64,000 nucleotides of DNA from an uncultured Gammaproteobacteria bacterium (GTDB lineage: Bacteria; Patescibacteriota; Patescibacteriia; Magasanikbacterales; GWA2-37-8), in NCBI GenBank assembly GCA_964496095.1, contig CAZBWU010000005.1, positions 19,704 to 83,703 on the forward strand, written 5' to 3'. Position numbers and translations under genes: made by a program. This document shows, piece by piece, positions 19,032 to 29,067 of this stretch. Position 1 is the stretch's first letter; each line of letters opens with the position of its first letter. The notes under the pieces were generated by a model. It saw nothing but the letters and a program-made list of their open reading frames with translations. It made no database searches and had not been told where the DNA came from.

Positions 19032-20279
19032 ATGCGCATAAAACAAATCATGGCGAGAGAAATTCTTGATTCCCGTGGTAATCCTACGGTAGAGGCAAAG
19101 GTAGTCTTGGAAAATGGTCTTAGTGCCATTGCCAAAGTGCCGTCAGGGGCTTCTACCGGCACGCACGAAGCCTTAGAGTTACGAGATGGCGGTAAACGTT
19201 ATGGTGGTAAAGGAGTCTTGAGAGCTGTAAAAAATGTTAATACAATTATCGCTAAATCAATTGTTGGGATGGAAGTAGAAGAGATAGAAAAAATAGATGC
19301 CAAGATGTTGTCACTTGATGGTACAAAAAATAAATCCAAACTTGGCGCTAATGCAATTTTGGCAGTATCGCTCTCTGTTGCTCGAGCTGGAGCAATGTCA
19401 GTCAAGTTGCCTTTATATAAGTATATTAGACAAGTTTATAAAATAGATGAAAAGAATTTTCGCCTGCCTGTGCTGGCTATGAATATTATCAATGGTGGCA
19501 GACACGCAGACAACGGCTTGTCTATCCAAGAGTTTATGATTTTACCAAAGCACAAACTTTTGCGAGAGCGAGTGCGTATGGGTTCGCAAATTTTTCATGC
19601 CTTGGCCGGATTGTTGAGTCAAAAAGGTTATGCGACTGGCGTCGGTGATGAGGGTGGTTTTGCGCCTGAATTATTGAATAATGAAAGAGGCTTGCAATTG
19701 ATTATGGAAGCTATTAAATTAGCCGGCTGGGTGCCAGGCAAGGATGTATTTTTAGGGCTTGATATTGCCGCCTCTGAATTTTATCGTCATGGTAATTATT
19801 ATTTCATGAATAAAAAGCAAGGTTGGTCTGCCGGTAAAATGATAGATATTTTCAAACAATGGATTAAGAAGTATCCAATTATTTCTATTGAAGATGGTTT
19901 GTCCGAGGACGATTGGGCAAATTGGCAAATTTTAACAAAAGAGTTGGGCGGTAAATTGGCTTTGGTTGGCGATGATTTATTTGTGACAAATGTCGATAGG
20001 ATTGCTCGAGGTATTAAAGAAGGTGTGGCCAATACGGTTTTAATTAAAGTTAACCAAATTGGTACACTATCTGAAACCATGGCTGCCATCAAATTGGCTC
20101 GTCAAAATAAGTATCAAATTTTTATTTCTCATCGTAGCGGTGAGACCGCCGATACTTTTATTGCCGATTTGGCGGTGGCGGTAAATTCCGAATTTATCAA
20201 AACCGGATCAATGTCCCGTTCCGAAAGAGTCGAAAAATATAACAGATTGATGGAGATAGAAGAAGAACTGGGAATGTAA
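19032..20279 (+). CDS. eno: Enolase
   Basis: DSRGNPTVE, VPSGASTG, GDEGGFAP, SHRSGET. Confidence 0.97.
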   Translation: MRIKQIMAREILDSRGNPTVEAKVVLENGLSAIAKVPSGASTGTHEALELRDGGKRYGGKGVLRAVKNVNTIIAKSIVGMEVEEIEKIDAKMLSLDGTKNKSKLGANAILAVSLSVARAGAMSVKLPLYKYIRQVYKIDEKNFRLPVLAMNIINGGRHADNGLSIQEFMILPKHKLLRERVRMGSQIFHALAGLLSQKGYATGVGDEGGFAPELLNNERGLQLIMEAIKLAGWVPGKDVFLGLDIAASEFYRHGNYYFMNKKQGWSAGKMIDIFKQWIKKYPIISIEDGLSEDDWANWQILTKELGGKLALVGDDLFVTNVDRIARGIKEGVANTVLIKVNQIGTLSETMAAIKLARQNKYQIFISHRSGETADTFIADLAVAVNSEFIKTGSMSRSERVEKYNRLMEIEEELGM

Positions 20280-20282
20280 TGT

Positions 20283-20392
20283 TGTCATCCCGAGCGAGCC
20301 CTTAAGGGCCACGAGGGATCTATCCAAGAAAAATTTTGTTAACAGAAAGATTCTCCGCGGAGTTTGTACCCTTTAGGGTGTTCAGAATGATA
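20283..20392. repeat. TGTCAT...ATGA(C/T)A palindromic repeat, subtype B, between eno and gpmI
   Basis: Similar to the reverse complement of 55061-55171 (CGAGCCCT..AGGGC, ACCCTTTAGGGTGTTCAGAATGA). Confidence 0.85.
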
Positions 20393-20402
20393 ATTGTAAA
20401 AT

Positions 20403-21953
20403 ATGAATAAATTAAAAACAACTTTGCTTATAATTGTCGATGGTTGGGGAGTTGGTAATACCAAAGACCCAGGCAATCCGGTGACGCCAAAAACCGCGCC
20501 TAATTATTTTGCGTTTCTAAAAAAATATCCAAATTCAAAATTGGAAGCCAGTGGCGAAAGCGTTGGGTTGTTTAAAGGCCAAGAAGGCAATAGCGAAGCT
20601 GGGCATCTTAATTTGGGAGCCGGAAGAGTGGTAAAACAAGATGCTTTATATATCTCCGAGTCAATTAAAGACGGGTCTTTTTTTAAAAATAACGCCTTTC
20701 ATCAAGCAATTCATCATGTCAAAAAATACAAAACCTCGGTGCATCTGATGGGTTTATTATCCAATCATAACAGCGCGCATTCTACGCCGGAGCATCTTTA
20801 TGCTTTGTTAGAATTATTAAATCAAGAAAAAGTAAAAAATGTTTATTTACATTTATTTACTGATGGTCGAGACTCTGGTCAATATGAAGCGAGCAAGCAT
20901 CTTCGTTTATTAGAAAAGCATTTGCATGGTAATGAAAAAATAGCGACAATTATGGGGCGTTTCTATGGTATGGATAGAAATAAAAACTGGGATAGGACCA
21001 AGTCTGCTTATGAAGCGCTAGTTTTGGGCAAAGGATTTAAAGCTATTAGCCCGGCCGAAGTTTTTCGCAATGCCTATAATAAAAAAGACTCCGATGAGTA
21101 TATTGAGCCAAGTATTATTATTGAAAAAGGTAAACCGGTGGCAACAATAAAAAATAACGACGCTGTTTTCTTTTTCAATCTTCGCAGTGACCGCTCTCGT
21201 CAGCTTACCAAAGCTTTTATCCAGCCAAATTTTAAACAAATAAATCAAGGGGCTTTTGTGCGCGCCAAACAGCCAAAAAATATTCGTTTTGTAGCTTTGA
21301 CTGATTTTGGTCCGGATTTGCCAAATATATTGACCGCTTTTCCAAGTCGTGATATCCAAAATGGTTTAGTGCAGACATTATGTCCTAGAAAACAATTGTA
21401 TGTTGCTGAATCCGAAAAATTTGCTCACGTTACTTATTTTTTAAACGGCGGTTATGCCCAGCATTTTTGCGATGAGAATTGGGTTAAGATTGCTTCGCTT
21501 GATGTAAAAAATTATGCGACCAAGCCGGAGATGAGCGCGGACAGATTGGCCGACTATGTAAGCGTGGCTTTAGAGGCCGGACAGTATGATTTTATTGCGA
21601 TGAATTTTGCTAATATGGATATGGTTGGTCACACAGGTGATTTTTCTGCTGGACAAAAAGCAGTGACTGTTGTTGACGCAGCCATTGGTAAAATTGTAAA
21701 ATCCTTATTAAAAAATAAAGGTCAAGGTATTATTACGGCCGATCATGGCAATATTGAAGTAATGATAAATCCGGAAAGCGGAGAGCCAGACACTGAACAT
21801 TCGGTCAATCCTGTGCCATTTATTTTGATTAACAGTTTTGTCAAAACGCCAAAAAAATTACCTGACGGCAAATTGGCCAACGTGGCGCCAACAATTTTGA
21901 AAATGATGGGAATAAAACAGCCTGCTGAAATGACTGCTAAAAGTTTAATTTAA
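20403..21953 (+). CDS. gpmI: 2,3-BPG-independent phosphoglycerate mutase, copy 1
   Basis: DGWG, GNSEAGH, DGRD, DMVGHTG, TADHGN. Confidence 0.92.
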   Translation: MNKLKTTLLIIVDGWGVGNTKDPGNPVTPKTAPNYFAFLKKYPNSKLEASGESVGLFKGQEGNSEAGHLNLGAGRVVKQDALYISESIKDGSFFKNNAFHQAIHHVKKYKTSVHLMGLLSNHNSAHSTPEHLYALLELLNQEKVKNVYLHLFTDGRDSGQYEASKHLRLLEKHLHGNEKIATIMGRFYGMDRNKNWDRTKSAYEALVLGKGFKAISPAEVFRNAYNKKDSDEYIEPSIIIEKGKPVATIKNNDAVFFFNLRSDRSRQLTKAFIQPNFKQINQGAFVRAKQPKNIRFVALTDFGPDLPNILTAFPSRDIQNGLVQTLCPRKQLYVAESEKFAHVTYFLNGGYAQHFCDENWVKIASLDVKNYATKPEMSADRLADYVSVALEAGQYDFIAMNFANMDMVGHTGDFSAGQKAVTVVDAAIGKIVKSLLKNKGQGIITADHGNIEVMINPESGEPDTEHSVNPVPFILINSFVKTPKKLPDGKLANVAPTILKMMGIKQPAEMTAKSLI

Positions 21954-21958
21954 AATTT

Positions 21959-23536
21959 ATGTCTTATAAACCAGTTGTGCTTGCAATTATGGATGGTTGG
22001 GGAGTAGCGCCAGACTCAGATGGTAATGCCATTACCAAAGCCAGCACACCCAACTTCACCAAGTTTGTTAAAAACTATCCCACCATGACGCTTCATGCTT
22101 CAGGCAATGAGGTGGGTTTGTTATTTGGCGAGATGGGAAACTCGGAAGTTGGACACTTAAATATTGGCGCTGGCCGAGTCTATTATCAAAGTTGTCCGAG
22201 AATTAACATGGCTATTGCTGATGGTAGCTTTTTTGAAAACTCAGCTTTGCTTTCAGCGATAGAAAAAGTAAAAAAAAATAATTCTAGTTTACATTTAGTT
22301 GGATTGATCGGTTCGGGTAATGTGCATGCTAGTAGCGATCATCTTTATGCCTTGCTGGCGTTCTGTAAAAAACAAAATTTAAGCAAAAATGTTTTTATTC
22401 ATGCTATTTTGGATGGGCGTGATGCCTTGTATAATTCCGGTCGTGATTTTGTTTTAGAATTGCAACAAAAAATGACTGAATTAAAAGTTGGTCAGATTGC
22501 ATCTTTGTCTGGTCGTTATTATGCGATGGATAGAGATAATCGTTGGGATAGAGTAGAGAAAGCCTACAGAGCCATTGCCGAGGGTAAGGCCGATAGATAT
22601 AGCGACAATCCTATCCAAGCGATAGACCAATCTTACGAGCAAAAAAATTACGATGAAGAATTTATCCCGACCGTTATTACAAATAAAGACAAGCCTCTAG
22701 CCACTATTGTTGGTCAGGATGCTGTGATTGTCTTTAACTTTCGACCAGATCGCGCGCGTGAATTAACCCAAGCTTTTTCAGTGCCGTCTTTTAATAAATT
22801 TCCTGCTACTTATTTAAAAGATTTATCGGTAGTGACGATGACCGAGTATGCCAAAGATTTGCCAGTGTCAGTCGCTTTTGCGCCGATTGTGGTGCATAAT
22901 TCTTTGGCCGAAGTTATTAGTAAGGCTGGCCTTAAACAAATGCATATTGCCGAAACTGAAAAATACGCTCACGTCACTTTTTTCTTGAATGGCACAGTCG
23001 AAGAACCTTTTGTGGGAGAAGATAGAAAACTCGTGCCATCGCCACGTGTTTCTAGTTATGACCAGCTACCGGAAATGTCTGCATTAGAAATCACCAAAGA
23101 AGCCAAAAAAATAATCGATAGCGGTAAATACGATTTTATAGTTTTAAATTTTGCTAATCCTGATATGGTAGCTCACACCGGCAATTTGACCGCGGGTATC
23201 AAGGCGTGTGAAGTGACTGATAAATGTTTGGGAGAGTTGGCAGATCATACGCTTGCGCAAAATGGTGTGATGCTTGTGACTGCCGACCATGGCAATGCCG
23301 AAGAAATGGCCAATTTGCAAACCACGGAAATGGATAAAGAACACTCAACTAATCCTGTGCCTCTTATTATTGTGGGCAAAGATTTTATGGGGCAAGCTGG
23401 GCTGTCGGGTGATGCGCCTGAAGACGACTTAAGTCTCATTCAGCCAGTGGGAGTGCTTGCAGATGTGGCACCGACAATTTTGAAGCTTTTAGATATTCCA
23501 CAGCCGGAAGATATGACTGGACAGGCTTTGATTTAG
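21959..23536 (+). CDS. gpmI: 2,3-BPG-independent phosphoglycerate mutase, copy 2
   Basis: DGWG, GNSEVGH, DGRD, ETEKYAHVTFF, TADHGN. Confidence 0.93.
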   Translation: MSYKPVVLAIMDGWGVAPDSDGNAITKASTPNFTKFVKNYPTMTLHASGNEVGLLFGEMGNSEVGHLNIGAGRVYYQSCPRINMAIADGSFFENSALLSAIEKVKKNNSSLHLVGLIGSGNVHASSDHLYALLAFCKKQNLSKNVFIHAILDGRDALYNSGRDFVLELQQKMTELKVGQIASLSGRYYAMDRDNRWDRVEKAYRAIAEGKADRYSDNPIQAIDQSYEQKNYDEEFIPTVITNKDKPLATIVGQDAVIVFNFRPDRARELTQAFSVPSFNKFPATYLKDLSVVTMTEYAKDLPVSVAFAPIVVHNSLAEVISKAGLKQMHIAETEKYAHVTFFLNGTVEEPFVGEDRKLVPSPRVSSYDQLPEMSALEITKEAKKIIDSGKYDFIVLNFANPDMVAHTGNLTAGIKACEVTDKCLGELADHTLAQNGVMLVTADHGNAEEMANLQTTEMDKEHSTNPVPLIIVGKDFMGQAGLSGDAPEDDLSLIQPVGVLADVAPTILKLLDIPQPEDMTGQALI

Positions 23537-24681
23537 AGGGAAGCGCCTAATGTTTTTTTAATTTTTCCAATAACTTCAGTTTCAACTTCTTTAATATTTT
23601 TTCCACTTATTACAAAAGAAGCAGTTTTTTTGTTGCCTTCTGGTTGGTAGCCTTGAAGAAGTGCTTTGGCATCATGCTGTTTGCCGGCGCATAAAAATCC
23701 ATGGATTTTATTTTCTCCATGAGTATTTTCGTAGAGTAATAGTACGATTTTTGCTTCCGGTGAATTTTGGATAAGTTCATCAGTAAGATCTTTCAGTTCC
23801 TCTTCGGTAGCGCCAGCTCTGGCAAAATCTTCTCTAGTAATTGTTGTCCAAACGAGTCCTAGCTGTGGATCGTTTTCAATATGAGTCAGCGCTGTGCCCC
23901 AAATACGCATCGAAGCAACCGATTTGGTGCGGTATAAATTTTTGACGATTCTTTCTCTGTCTGCGCCAAGCGTTATTAGTTTGCTGGCAGTGGCGAGTGT
24001 GGTAGGGCTGACATTAGCAGTTTTGAAACTTTGAGTTTGGCTAATCATGCCGGTAAGTAAGAATGTGGCGATGTCAGCATCAATATCAGGTTCGGAAATT
24101 TTTACCATTGCCTTGTAGATGATTTCGGAAATAGAAGTGGCGTTAAGTTCCACAAAATTTACTTGGCCAAAATGTTCGTTGGCTGGGTGGCTATCAAAAT
24201 TGATAACCGGAACTTTGTAAAACAAGTCGGTGTTATTAAAAAAAACATTGCCCAAAGATTCTAAATCTTGAGCGTTAACGGTAATAATCAAATCGTATTT
24301 GAGACCAGACTGAGCCGTGCGGAGTTCATTCTTGGTGATAGTACCTTGCTTGGGAGTGAGGTAAATTGAAAGCCAGTTGTCTTTGATGTCATAACTAAGT
24401 GTATCAATTTTGATATTACTGACATCAACTTTGAGAATGAATTTTTGTAAGTGAGAAAGTTGTGGTTGGATTTCTTCTAGATTTTTGAGGAAGCGGAGAT
24501 TTTTTGGCACAACAAAATTATCAGCAACGACATCAACTTGCTTATGTTTTTTTTCCAGGAATTTCTTCCAGGCCATGGCTCCACAAACTGAATCTGCGTT
24601 TTGGTTGGCGCTTAGTACCAATAAAACATGCCGACTCTGTTCCAAGAGATGGTTGAGTTGTTCGGTTTCGGTAAATGACAT
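23533..24681 (-). CDS. DHH-family phosphoesterase-like protein with degenerate motifs
   Basis: NrnA-like layout (D.H..N..FG..N, SISEI, LLTGMIS.T.SF) but DSH in place of DHH. Confidence 0.75.
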   Translation of the reverse strand: MSFTETEQLNHLLEQSRHVLLVLSANQNADSVCGAMAWKKFLEKKHKQVDVVADNFVVPKNLRFLKNLEEIQPQLSHLQKFILKVDVSNIKIDTLSYDIKDNWLSIYLTPKQGTITKNELRTAQSGLKYDLIITVNAQDLESLGNVFFNNTDLFYKVPVINFDSHPANEHFGQVNFVELNATSISEIIYKAMVKISEPDIDADIATFLLTGMISQTQSFKTANVSPTTLATASKLITLGADRERIVKNLYRTKSVASMRIWGTALTHIENDPQLGLVWTTITREDFARAGATEEELKDLTDELIQNSPEAKIVLLLYENTHGENKIHGFLCAGKQHDAKALLQGYQPEGNKKTASFVISGKNIKEVETEVIGKIKKTLGASL

Positions 24682-24798
24682 GAATTTTGACTTGTTCTGT
24701 TAGACAGCTAAAAAATCTGAATAACAGCCTATATTAGCAGTATTTTAAAGGTTTGTCAAATATAGATAGGCAGCCATTTAAAGATGATATTTTCGTCT

Positions 24799-24837
24799 AA
24801 AAACTCGAACGCCCCGGCTTGTGGCCGGGGCTTCGAG
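24799..24837 (-). terminator. Intrinsic terminator of GC-rich ORFan unit A
   Basis: Minus strand CTCGAAGCCCCGGC-CACAA-GCCGGGGCGTTCGAG-TTTTT. Confidence 0.75.
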
Positions 24838-24857
24838 CGTTGTCGTTGCCCCTTCAA

Positions 24858-25283
24858 CTACGGCGGCGGGGATGACCACAGGTCATCCCCAGTTATCGGG
24901 TCCTTCTCCCCGCTCGGGAAGTAGAGGATCTTGCCTGACTTCTCCTCCCGACCACGCCTGGAAGGGAGGGGGCGGAAGATTTCTTGCCGCCCGTGGAGCC
25001 ACTTGCCCGACGGGCAAAGTAGCCCAACGGCAGGACCATTGCAGTTCCCCCGTCGGCTTGTGTCCTCCTTCCCGTCAGGCCCGACCCACTCGCTTCTGCA
25101 GTTGCAGTAGCAGGTGGAGGGCGGGCCGCAGGGCGGCGACAGTACCGGCTCGTGGTCGCGGTGCTTGAAGACGACGATCTCGGTGGGGTTGGCAAGGGCC
25201 TTCTCCTTCGTGGTGTGGCAGTCGTGGACCACCACGCCGACAGTCAGAAGAATAGCCCCGACGATGGCGATGATTTCTTTCAT
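24858..25283 (-). CDS. GC-rich ORFan, putative secreted Cys-containing protein (unit A)
   Basis: ATG with GGGAAGG upstream, hydrophobic N-terminus, G/C-ending codons, terminator right after the stop. Confidence 0.7.
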   Translation of the reverse strand: MKEIIAIVGAILLTVGVVVHDCHTTKEKALANPTEIVVFKHRDHEPVLSPPCGPPSTCYCNCRSEWVGPDGKEDTSRRGNCNGPAVGLLCPSGKWLHGRQEIFRPLPSRRGREEKSGKILYFPSGEKDPITGDDLWSSPPP

Positions 25284-25514
25284 TGTATCTAGCCTTCCCG
25301 CCTATTGGTGGAGGTGTGAGACACCAACAGGCGTATCAAAAATCGTTAAAATTTCTAATACGCATGTTGATGTCTTTCGCTACCTTTTAACAACGCTCTT
25401 TTGAAATGGGTATCTGCCTATTATATTAGGCTTATTACCACTTTCTCAATCGCCTATATGCCGTAAGCATAAAGACGATTGTTAAAAACAGTAAAATTTG
25501 TTAGTTAATTCAAG

Positions 25515-25543
25515 ACTTTATCATCTTATACGGGATTTGTCAA
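25515..25543 (-). promoter_or_regulatory. Sigma70 promoter of unit A
   Basis: Minus strand TTGACA-17nt-TAAAGT. Confidence 0.6.
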
Positions 25544-25664
25544 TCTTCTCCTTTTCTGTTATTATTTATCTAAATCTATAACATTTATAGGGGCCTTGCC
25601 CATATAATCTCATTTGCTCGAAAATGTCTCGACAAGTCAGACATTTTACTCACTCATTTCGATT

Positions 25665-28259
25665 ATGCACGAACTACCAAAGGTTTACGAACCTCACAAT
25701 TACGAAGATGAAATCTATAAAAAATGGGAAGAATCAGGGCTTTTTAACCCTGATGTTTGTGTTGAGAAAGGTTTTACCAAAAGTGACGCTGAGCCATTTT
25801 CTATTGTCTTGCCTCCGCCAAACGTCACAGGTACTTTGCATATGGGTCATGCCGCCATGCTGGCCATTGAAGACGTGATGGTGCGCTACCATCGGATGAA
25901 AGGCGACAGGACGCTCTGGGTGCCTGGTACTGACCATGCGGCTATTGCAACTCAGTCTAAGGTAGAAAAATTGGTCATGGAGAAAGAAGGTAAAAGTAAA
26001 TATGATTTGGGCAGGTCCGAATTTCTCAAACGAGTAGAAAAATTTGCTCAGGAAAGTCATGACACAATAGTTAATCAATGTAAAAAAATGGGTGCTTCTT
26101 TGGATTGGAGTCGAGAAGCCTATACGCTGGATGAAAAAAGAAATTTGGCTGTCCGCACCGTGTTTAAAAAAATGTATGATGACGGACTGATTTATCGTGG
26201 ACACAGAATTGTAAACTGGGATCCAAAAGGTCAGACTGTAATTTCGGATGACGAATTAGTTTATGAAGAAAGAAAAGCAAAATTTTATACTTTTAAGTAT
26301 GGTCCTTTTGAAATAGGCACTGCTAGACCGGAAACAAAATTTGGCGATAAGTATGTGGTCATGCATCCAGAGGACAAACGTTATAAAAAATGGAAGCACA
26401 TGCAAAAAATAACTGTCGAGTGGATTAACGGTCCGATTGAGGCGACTGTTATTAAAGACCCAATGATTGATATGGAATTTGGGACGGGTGTGATGACCAT
26501 TACTCCTTGGCATTCCCATGAAGATTTTGCCTTGGCTGAAAAATATAAATTAGACAAAGAACAAATTATTGATAAATCTGGAAAGTTGCTTGAAGTCGCG
26601 CAAGAATTTGCGGGGATGGAAATCGGCAAAGCGCGGGACAAGATAGTACAAAAATTAAACGCCAAAGGCCTGCTTGTCTCAGTTGATGAAAATTATGTAA
26701 ATCGGATTGCGACGGCTGAAAGAACTGGTGGAGTTATTGAGCCACAGATAATGGAACAATGGTTTATAAATGTAAATAAGCCGATTGAAGCTCGGGATGG
26801 AAAAACTTTGAAAGAGTTGATGCAAGATGTGGTAAAAAATAAACAAATAGAAATAGTTCCTGATCGATTTGAAAAAACTTATTTTCATTGGATAGATAAT
26901 TTGCGAGATTGGTGTATTAGCCGCCAGATTTGGTTTGGGCATCGGATTCCGGTTTGGTATAAAGGTGAAGAGATTCATGCTGGTATTGAACCACCAACTG
27001 GTGAGGGTTGGACTCAAGACTCAGACACTCTAGATACTTGGTTTAGTGCTGGACTTTGGACATTCTCTACTTTAGGTTATCCCGATCTTAACGCCGAAGA
27101 TTTGAAAAAGTACCATCCAACTTCTGTGCTTGAAACCGGTTATGATATTTTATTTTTCTGGGTAGCGAGAATGATTCTAATGACTACTTACACTCTTGGT
27201 GAAGTGCCGTTTAAGACGGTTTACTTGCACGGACTTGTACGTGATGAGCAGGGGAGAAAGATGAGCAAGTCTTTGGATAATATTATCAATCCGCTTGATA
27301 TGATTGCTAAGTATGGCACAGATGCGACGCGTTTGTCGTTGCTCTTGGGCAATACGCCGGGCAATGATATGAAATTATCCGAAGAAAAAATTGCCGGCTT
27401 TAGAAACTTTACCAATAAGCTTTGGAATATTTCGAGGTTTATTTTATCTCAGGTAGATGATAAAGAGCCAGTTATGACAATGGCCGATTCTTGGATTGTA
27501 GGCAGGATGGCGAAGTCGTTCGGAGAGTTCAGAGAAAGCATGGAAAAGAATCAGTTTTCAGTCGCAGGAGAAAGCCTACGTGATTTTACCTGGAATGATT
27601 TAGCGGATTGGTATTTGGAAATTTCCAAGATTGAAGGAAATAAGTCAGGAGTTTTAATGCTTATTTTAGATTTTATTTTAAAAGCATGGCATCCGTTTAT
27701 GCCTTTTGTGACTGAGGCTATCTGGCAAGAAATACATGAGGGTGGAAAAATGCTCATGGTAGAAAATTTTAAAATTTCAGAAGGCCTTTTGGAAGCATCT
27801 CCTAAAAAAACCTCAGTAAAAAACGAAGAAACAGCTTGGTTAGATTTCGAAGTTGTGCGAAACGCGGTAGTTGCTATCAGATCTTTGCGCGCCGAATATA
27901 AAATAGAACCTGTTAAAAAAATCACGGTAAAAATTAATTTTGGAAAACAGGAGAGCATAATAAGAGAAAACGAACATATAATTAAAGGATTAGCTCGTTT
28001 AGAAAAAATAGAATTTGTAGAGTCTGGCGCAGAAATTTCTTTGGATTTGACTGGTGCAATAGATGTAGAAAAAGAAAAACCAAGGCTAGAAAAAGAAATA
28101 GCTGAAATTAAAAAATATGTTTCTGGTTTGGAAAATAAATTATCCAATCAAGAATTTGTCACCAATGCCCCTCCAGCAGTAGTGGAAAAAGAAAAGGCAA
28201 AGTTGAGTGAAGCACAGGGGAAGTTGGAAAAGTTACAAGAACAATTAAATAAGATGTAA
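25665..28259 (+). CDS. valS: Valine-tRNA ligase (start moved to ATG 25665)
   Basis: PPPNVTGTLHMGH, DWCISRQIWFGH, KMSKS, C-terminal coiled coil. Confidence 0.97.
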   Translation: MHELPKVYEPHNYEDEIYKKWEESGLFNPDVCVEKGFTKSDAEPFSIVLPPPNVTGTLHMGHAAMLAIEDVMVRYHRMKGDRTLWVPGTDHAAIATQSKVEKLVMEKEGKSKYDLGRSEFLKRVEKFAQESHDTIVNQCKKMGASLDWSREAYTLDEKRNLAVRTVFKKMYDDGLIYRGHRIVNWDPKGQTVISDDELVYEERKAKFYTFKYGPFEIGTARPETKFGDKYVVMHPEDKRYKKWKHMQKITVEWINGPIEATVIKDPMIDMEFGTGVMTITPWHSHEDFALAEKYKLDKEQIIDKSGKLLEVAQEFAGMEIGKARDKIVQKLNAKGLLVSVDENYVNRIATAERTGGVIEPQIMEQWFINVNKPIEARDGKTLKELMQDVVKNKQIEIVPDRFEKTYFHWIDNLRDWCISRQIWFGHRIPVWYKGEEIHAGIEPPTGEGWTQDSDTLDTWFSAGLWTFSTLGYPDLNAEDLKKYHPTSVLETGYDILFFWVARMILMTTYTLGEVPFKTVYLHGLVRDEQGRKMSKSLDNIINPLDMIAKYGTDATRLSLLLGNTPGNDMKLSEEKIAGFRNFTNKLWNISRFILSQVDDKEPVMTMADSWIVGRMAKSFGEFRESMEKNQFSVAGESLRDFTWNDLADWYLEISKIEGNKSGVLMLILDFILKAWHPFMPFVTEAIWQEIHEGGKMLMVENFKISEGLLEASPKKTSVKNEETAWLDFEVVRNAVVAIRSLRAEYKIEPVKKITVKINFGKQESIIRENEHIIKGLARLEKIEFVESGAEISLDLTGAIDVEKEKPRLEKEIAEIKKYVSGLENKLSNQEFVTNAPPAVVEKEKAKLSEAQGKLEKLQEQLNKM

Positions 28260-28265
28260 GAAAAT

Positions 28266-29045
28266 ATGCTTGATGCAGCCCACGCGCCCATTGGAGAAGC
28301 GGTCTTGTCAGATATGGATCGTCGTAAAAAGGAGAGAGCTGAAATAAATGATGCCGCTTTAAAAGTCCAGACAGCGCCAGATGACGAAACAAAAAAAATA
28401 GCTGTGGATGAGCTATGGCTTAAAGTAGAGTCTAGTATAGAATCTTTTCTTAGAGAGAGGGCAAAAGAAAATACTAAAGATATTGTACAGGAATTTTATA
28501 CAAAGTTATCGTACGTCGCTTGTAAATGGAGAAGCGAAGAGGGAGATTTTTTGTCGTATTGCTTTACGGCAGTTCGTAATTCGTTTCTGACATATTTGGA
28601 AAAAAAAAGAACCTACAGTAGATATAAAGATAAATTTGAAGATTCAGTTCGTGGAAATGTTGCAGAGCCTGATGGTAGTTATTTTACCGAGAATAACTTT
28701 TCTATTGAAGATAAAATAGCAATTGGGCAAATAAAGTCTAAAATCTTAGGGTGGATTAGAGGAGGCTATATTAGTCCAGTCGAGGGAATGGCGGTAGTTT
28801 TAAAATACGGACTCGGTAAAGATATGGTGATTGCAATTTTATCTGACTTTGATGGTAGGGCTAAAGAAGGGCCAAGGGCCGATAATTTTAAAAAATTAAG
28901 AAATTTAAATTTGGACAATATAGATTTTGATTCCGGAATGGTTGATATGAAAATTGCGTCCCTATTAAGAAAAAGAAATGGTTCGGTAGAAGAATTTGTA
29001 AATGGGGCATTAAATAAAATAAAAGTTCAGTTGAGGGTAGAATAA
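28266..29045 (+). CDS. Divergent sigma70-family (region 2 plus region 4) protein
   Basis: DIVQEFYTKL...GDFLSYCFTAVRNSFLTYL resembles region 2; VVLKYGLG...KIASLL...SV...VNGALNKIK resembles region 4. Confidence 0.55.
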   Translation: MLDAAHAPIGEAVLSDMDRRKKERAEINDAALKVQTAPDDETKKIAVDELWLKVESSIESFLRERAKENTKDIVQEFYTKLSYVACKWRSEEGDFLSYCFTAVRNSFLTYLEKKRTYSRYKDKFEDSVRGNVAEPDGSYFTENNFSIEDKIAIGQIKSKILGWIRGGYISPVEGMAVVLKYGLGKDMVIAILSDFDGRAKEGPRADNFKKLRNLNLDNIDFDSGMVDMKIASLLRKRNGSVEEFVNGALNKIKVQLRVE

Positions 29046-29067
29046 ATTATAGTTTACTTTCTTAAAT

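Noticed and set aside
24821-25404. Alternative overlapping ORFs in the GC-rich blocks (also 53835-54379)
   Set aside because: High GC suppresses stop codons; SD, terminator and hydrophobic pattern favour 24858-25283(-) and 53901-54224(+).
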